Shown piece by piece: positions 63,478-64,000 of a DNA stretch of 64,000 nucleotides (positions within the stretch are counted from its first letter, which is position 1; every line of letters begins with the position of its first letter). Made by a program: the position numbers and the translations under genes. The notes under the pieces are model-generated. The model made no database searches, had not been told where the DNA came from, and saw nothing but the letters and a program-made list of their open reading frames with translations. Source of the stretch: Candidatus Aenigmatarchaeota archaeon (GTDB taxonomy: Archaea; Aenigmatarchaeota; Aenigmatarchaeia; Aenigmatarchaeales; JACQIB01); assembly GCA_016198755.1 (NCBI GenBank), contig JACQIB010000005.1, positions 1-64,000 on the forward strand, in the 5' to 3' direction.

Positions 63478-64000
63478 GGAGCTTTCTTTGCCTGTTCTCT
63501 GAACCAGTTTTGCCATAAATTGAAAACCCTGTCAGCTTCTACAGAACCAACTTCCTGCCTTACTGTTTCTGAGAATCTGTGGAAAGCTTGGTTGCTTGCA
63601 ACCACTGTAGGGGCTTCCAAAAGGGCTGGCTTTCCTGTGGCTCCTGCCACGCGCACAATCTCACTCAAAACTTTTGCCCTTAACTGTATATTGTCCCAGA
63701 CAGAATCCCATCTGCCAGCCCATCCCGGCACTCTTTTTGCTATATCGTTCAGTATTTGGCTTTCTCCTGTTAACAGAGTATCTGTTGGTTTTAAAGAATC
63801 TGAGCGGGAGTTATATTCTAACAGATTTACAAATCCATGTTCTTCAGCAGGATCCTTTGTCCAGTGCTTTCTAACCTCAGTAACTTCTGTTACCCTTCTG
63901 AAACTTCTTAATCCATCAGCGCTGCGGATTTTGTTTGCAACAACAATTAAATCAGTGGCTTTAAAGCTTGTTGCAGGAACTCCTAAATCATTTACAACCC
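63474..64000 (-). CDS. C-terminal part of a type II/IV secretion (VirB11/TadA-like) ATPase; continues beyond the window
   Basis: Frame is open to the window end: VVNDLGVPATSFKATDLIVVAN...RRVTEVTEVRKHW...VWDNIQLRAK. Confidence 0.85.
   Translation of the reverse strand, partial: VVNDLGVPATSFKATDLIVVANKIRSADGLRSFRRVTEVTEVRKHWTKDPAEEHGFVNLLEYNSRSDSLKPTDTLLTGESQILNDIAKRVPGWAGRWDSVWDNIQLRAKVLSEIVRVAGATGKPALLEAPTVVASNQAFHRFSETVRQEVGSVEADRVFNLWQNWFREQAKKAP

Noticed and set aside
1-64000. CRISPR array, integrase/transposase, rRNA or provirus
   Set aside because: No regularly spaced repeats, recombinase motifs, rRNA-like stretch or capsid/terminase genes were recognised. No second copy of a tRNA 3' end (att site) was found by eye.

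Overview
Gene-dense archaeal chromosome segment, most consistent with a DPANN lineage (inference from Alba, TFB-like, Hel308, PGF-pre-PGF, BHB-type tRNA introns, DPANN-style pilins and sparse metabolism). The window contains housekeeping genes (asnS, gatCAB, purD-like, NAD kinase, trxA, tmk, hel308, albA), three tRNA genes (Glu-CTC with three predicted introns, Arg-TCG with one intron, Pro-TGG), HicAB and RelE-type toxin-antitoxin modules, and a type IV pilus/Tad-like locus of about 22 genes (46055-64000). The main candidate novel system is at 4113-17544. Two paralogous giant proteins (about 1860 and 2060 aa) point outward from a central TrmB-like + Lrp/AsnC regulator pair. Each has a signal peptide, lectin-like ectodomains, a membrane anchor, a pre-toxin-like CTG..AG.CTGE motif, a PD-(D/E)XK nuclease-like domain and a HEXXH zincin-like domain, with no adjacent immunity gene. 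This looks like a polymorphic-toxin or effector-like system. All family assignments come from motif recognition by eye; no database searches were run.
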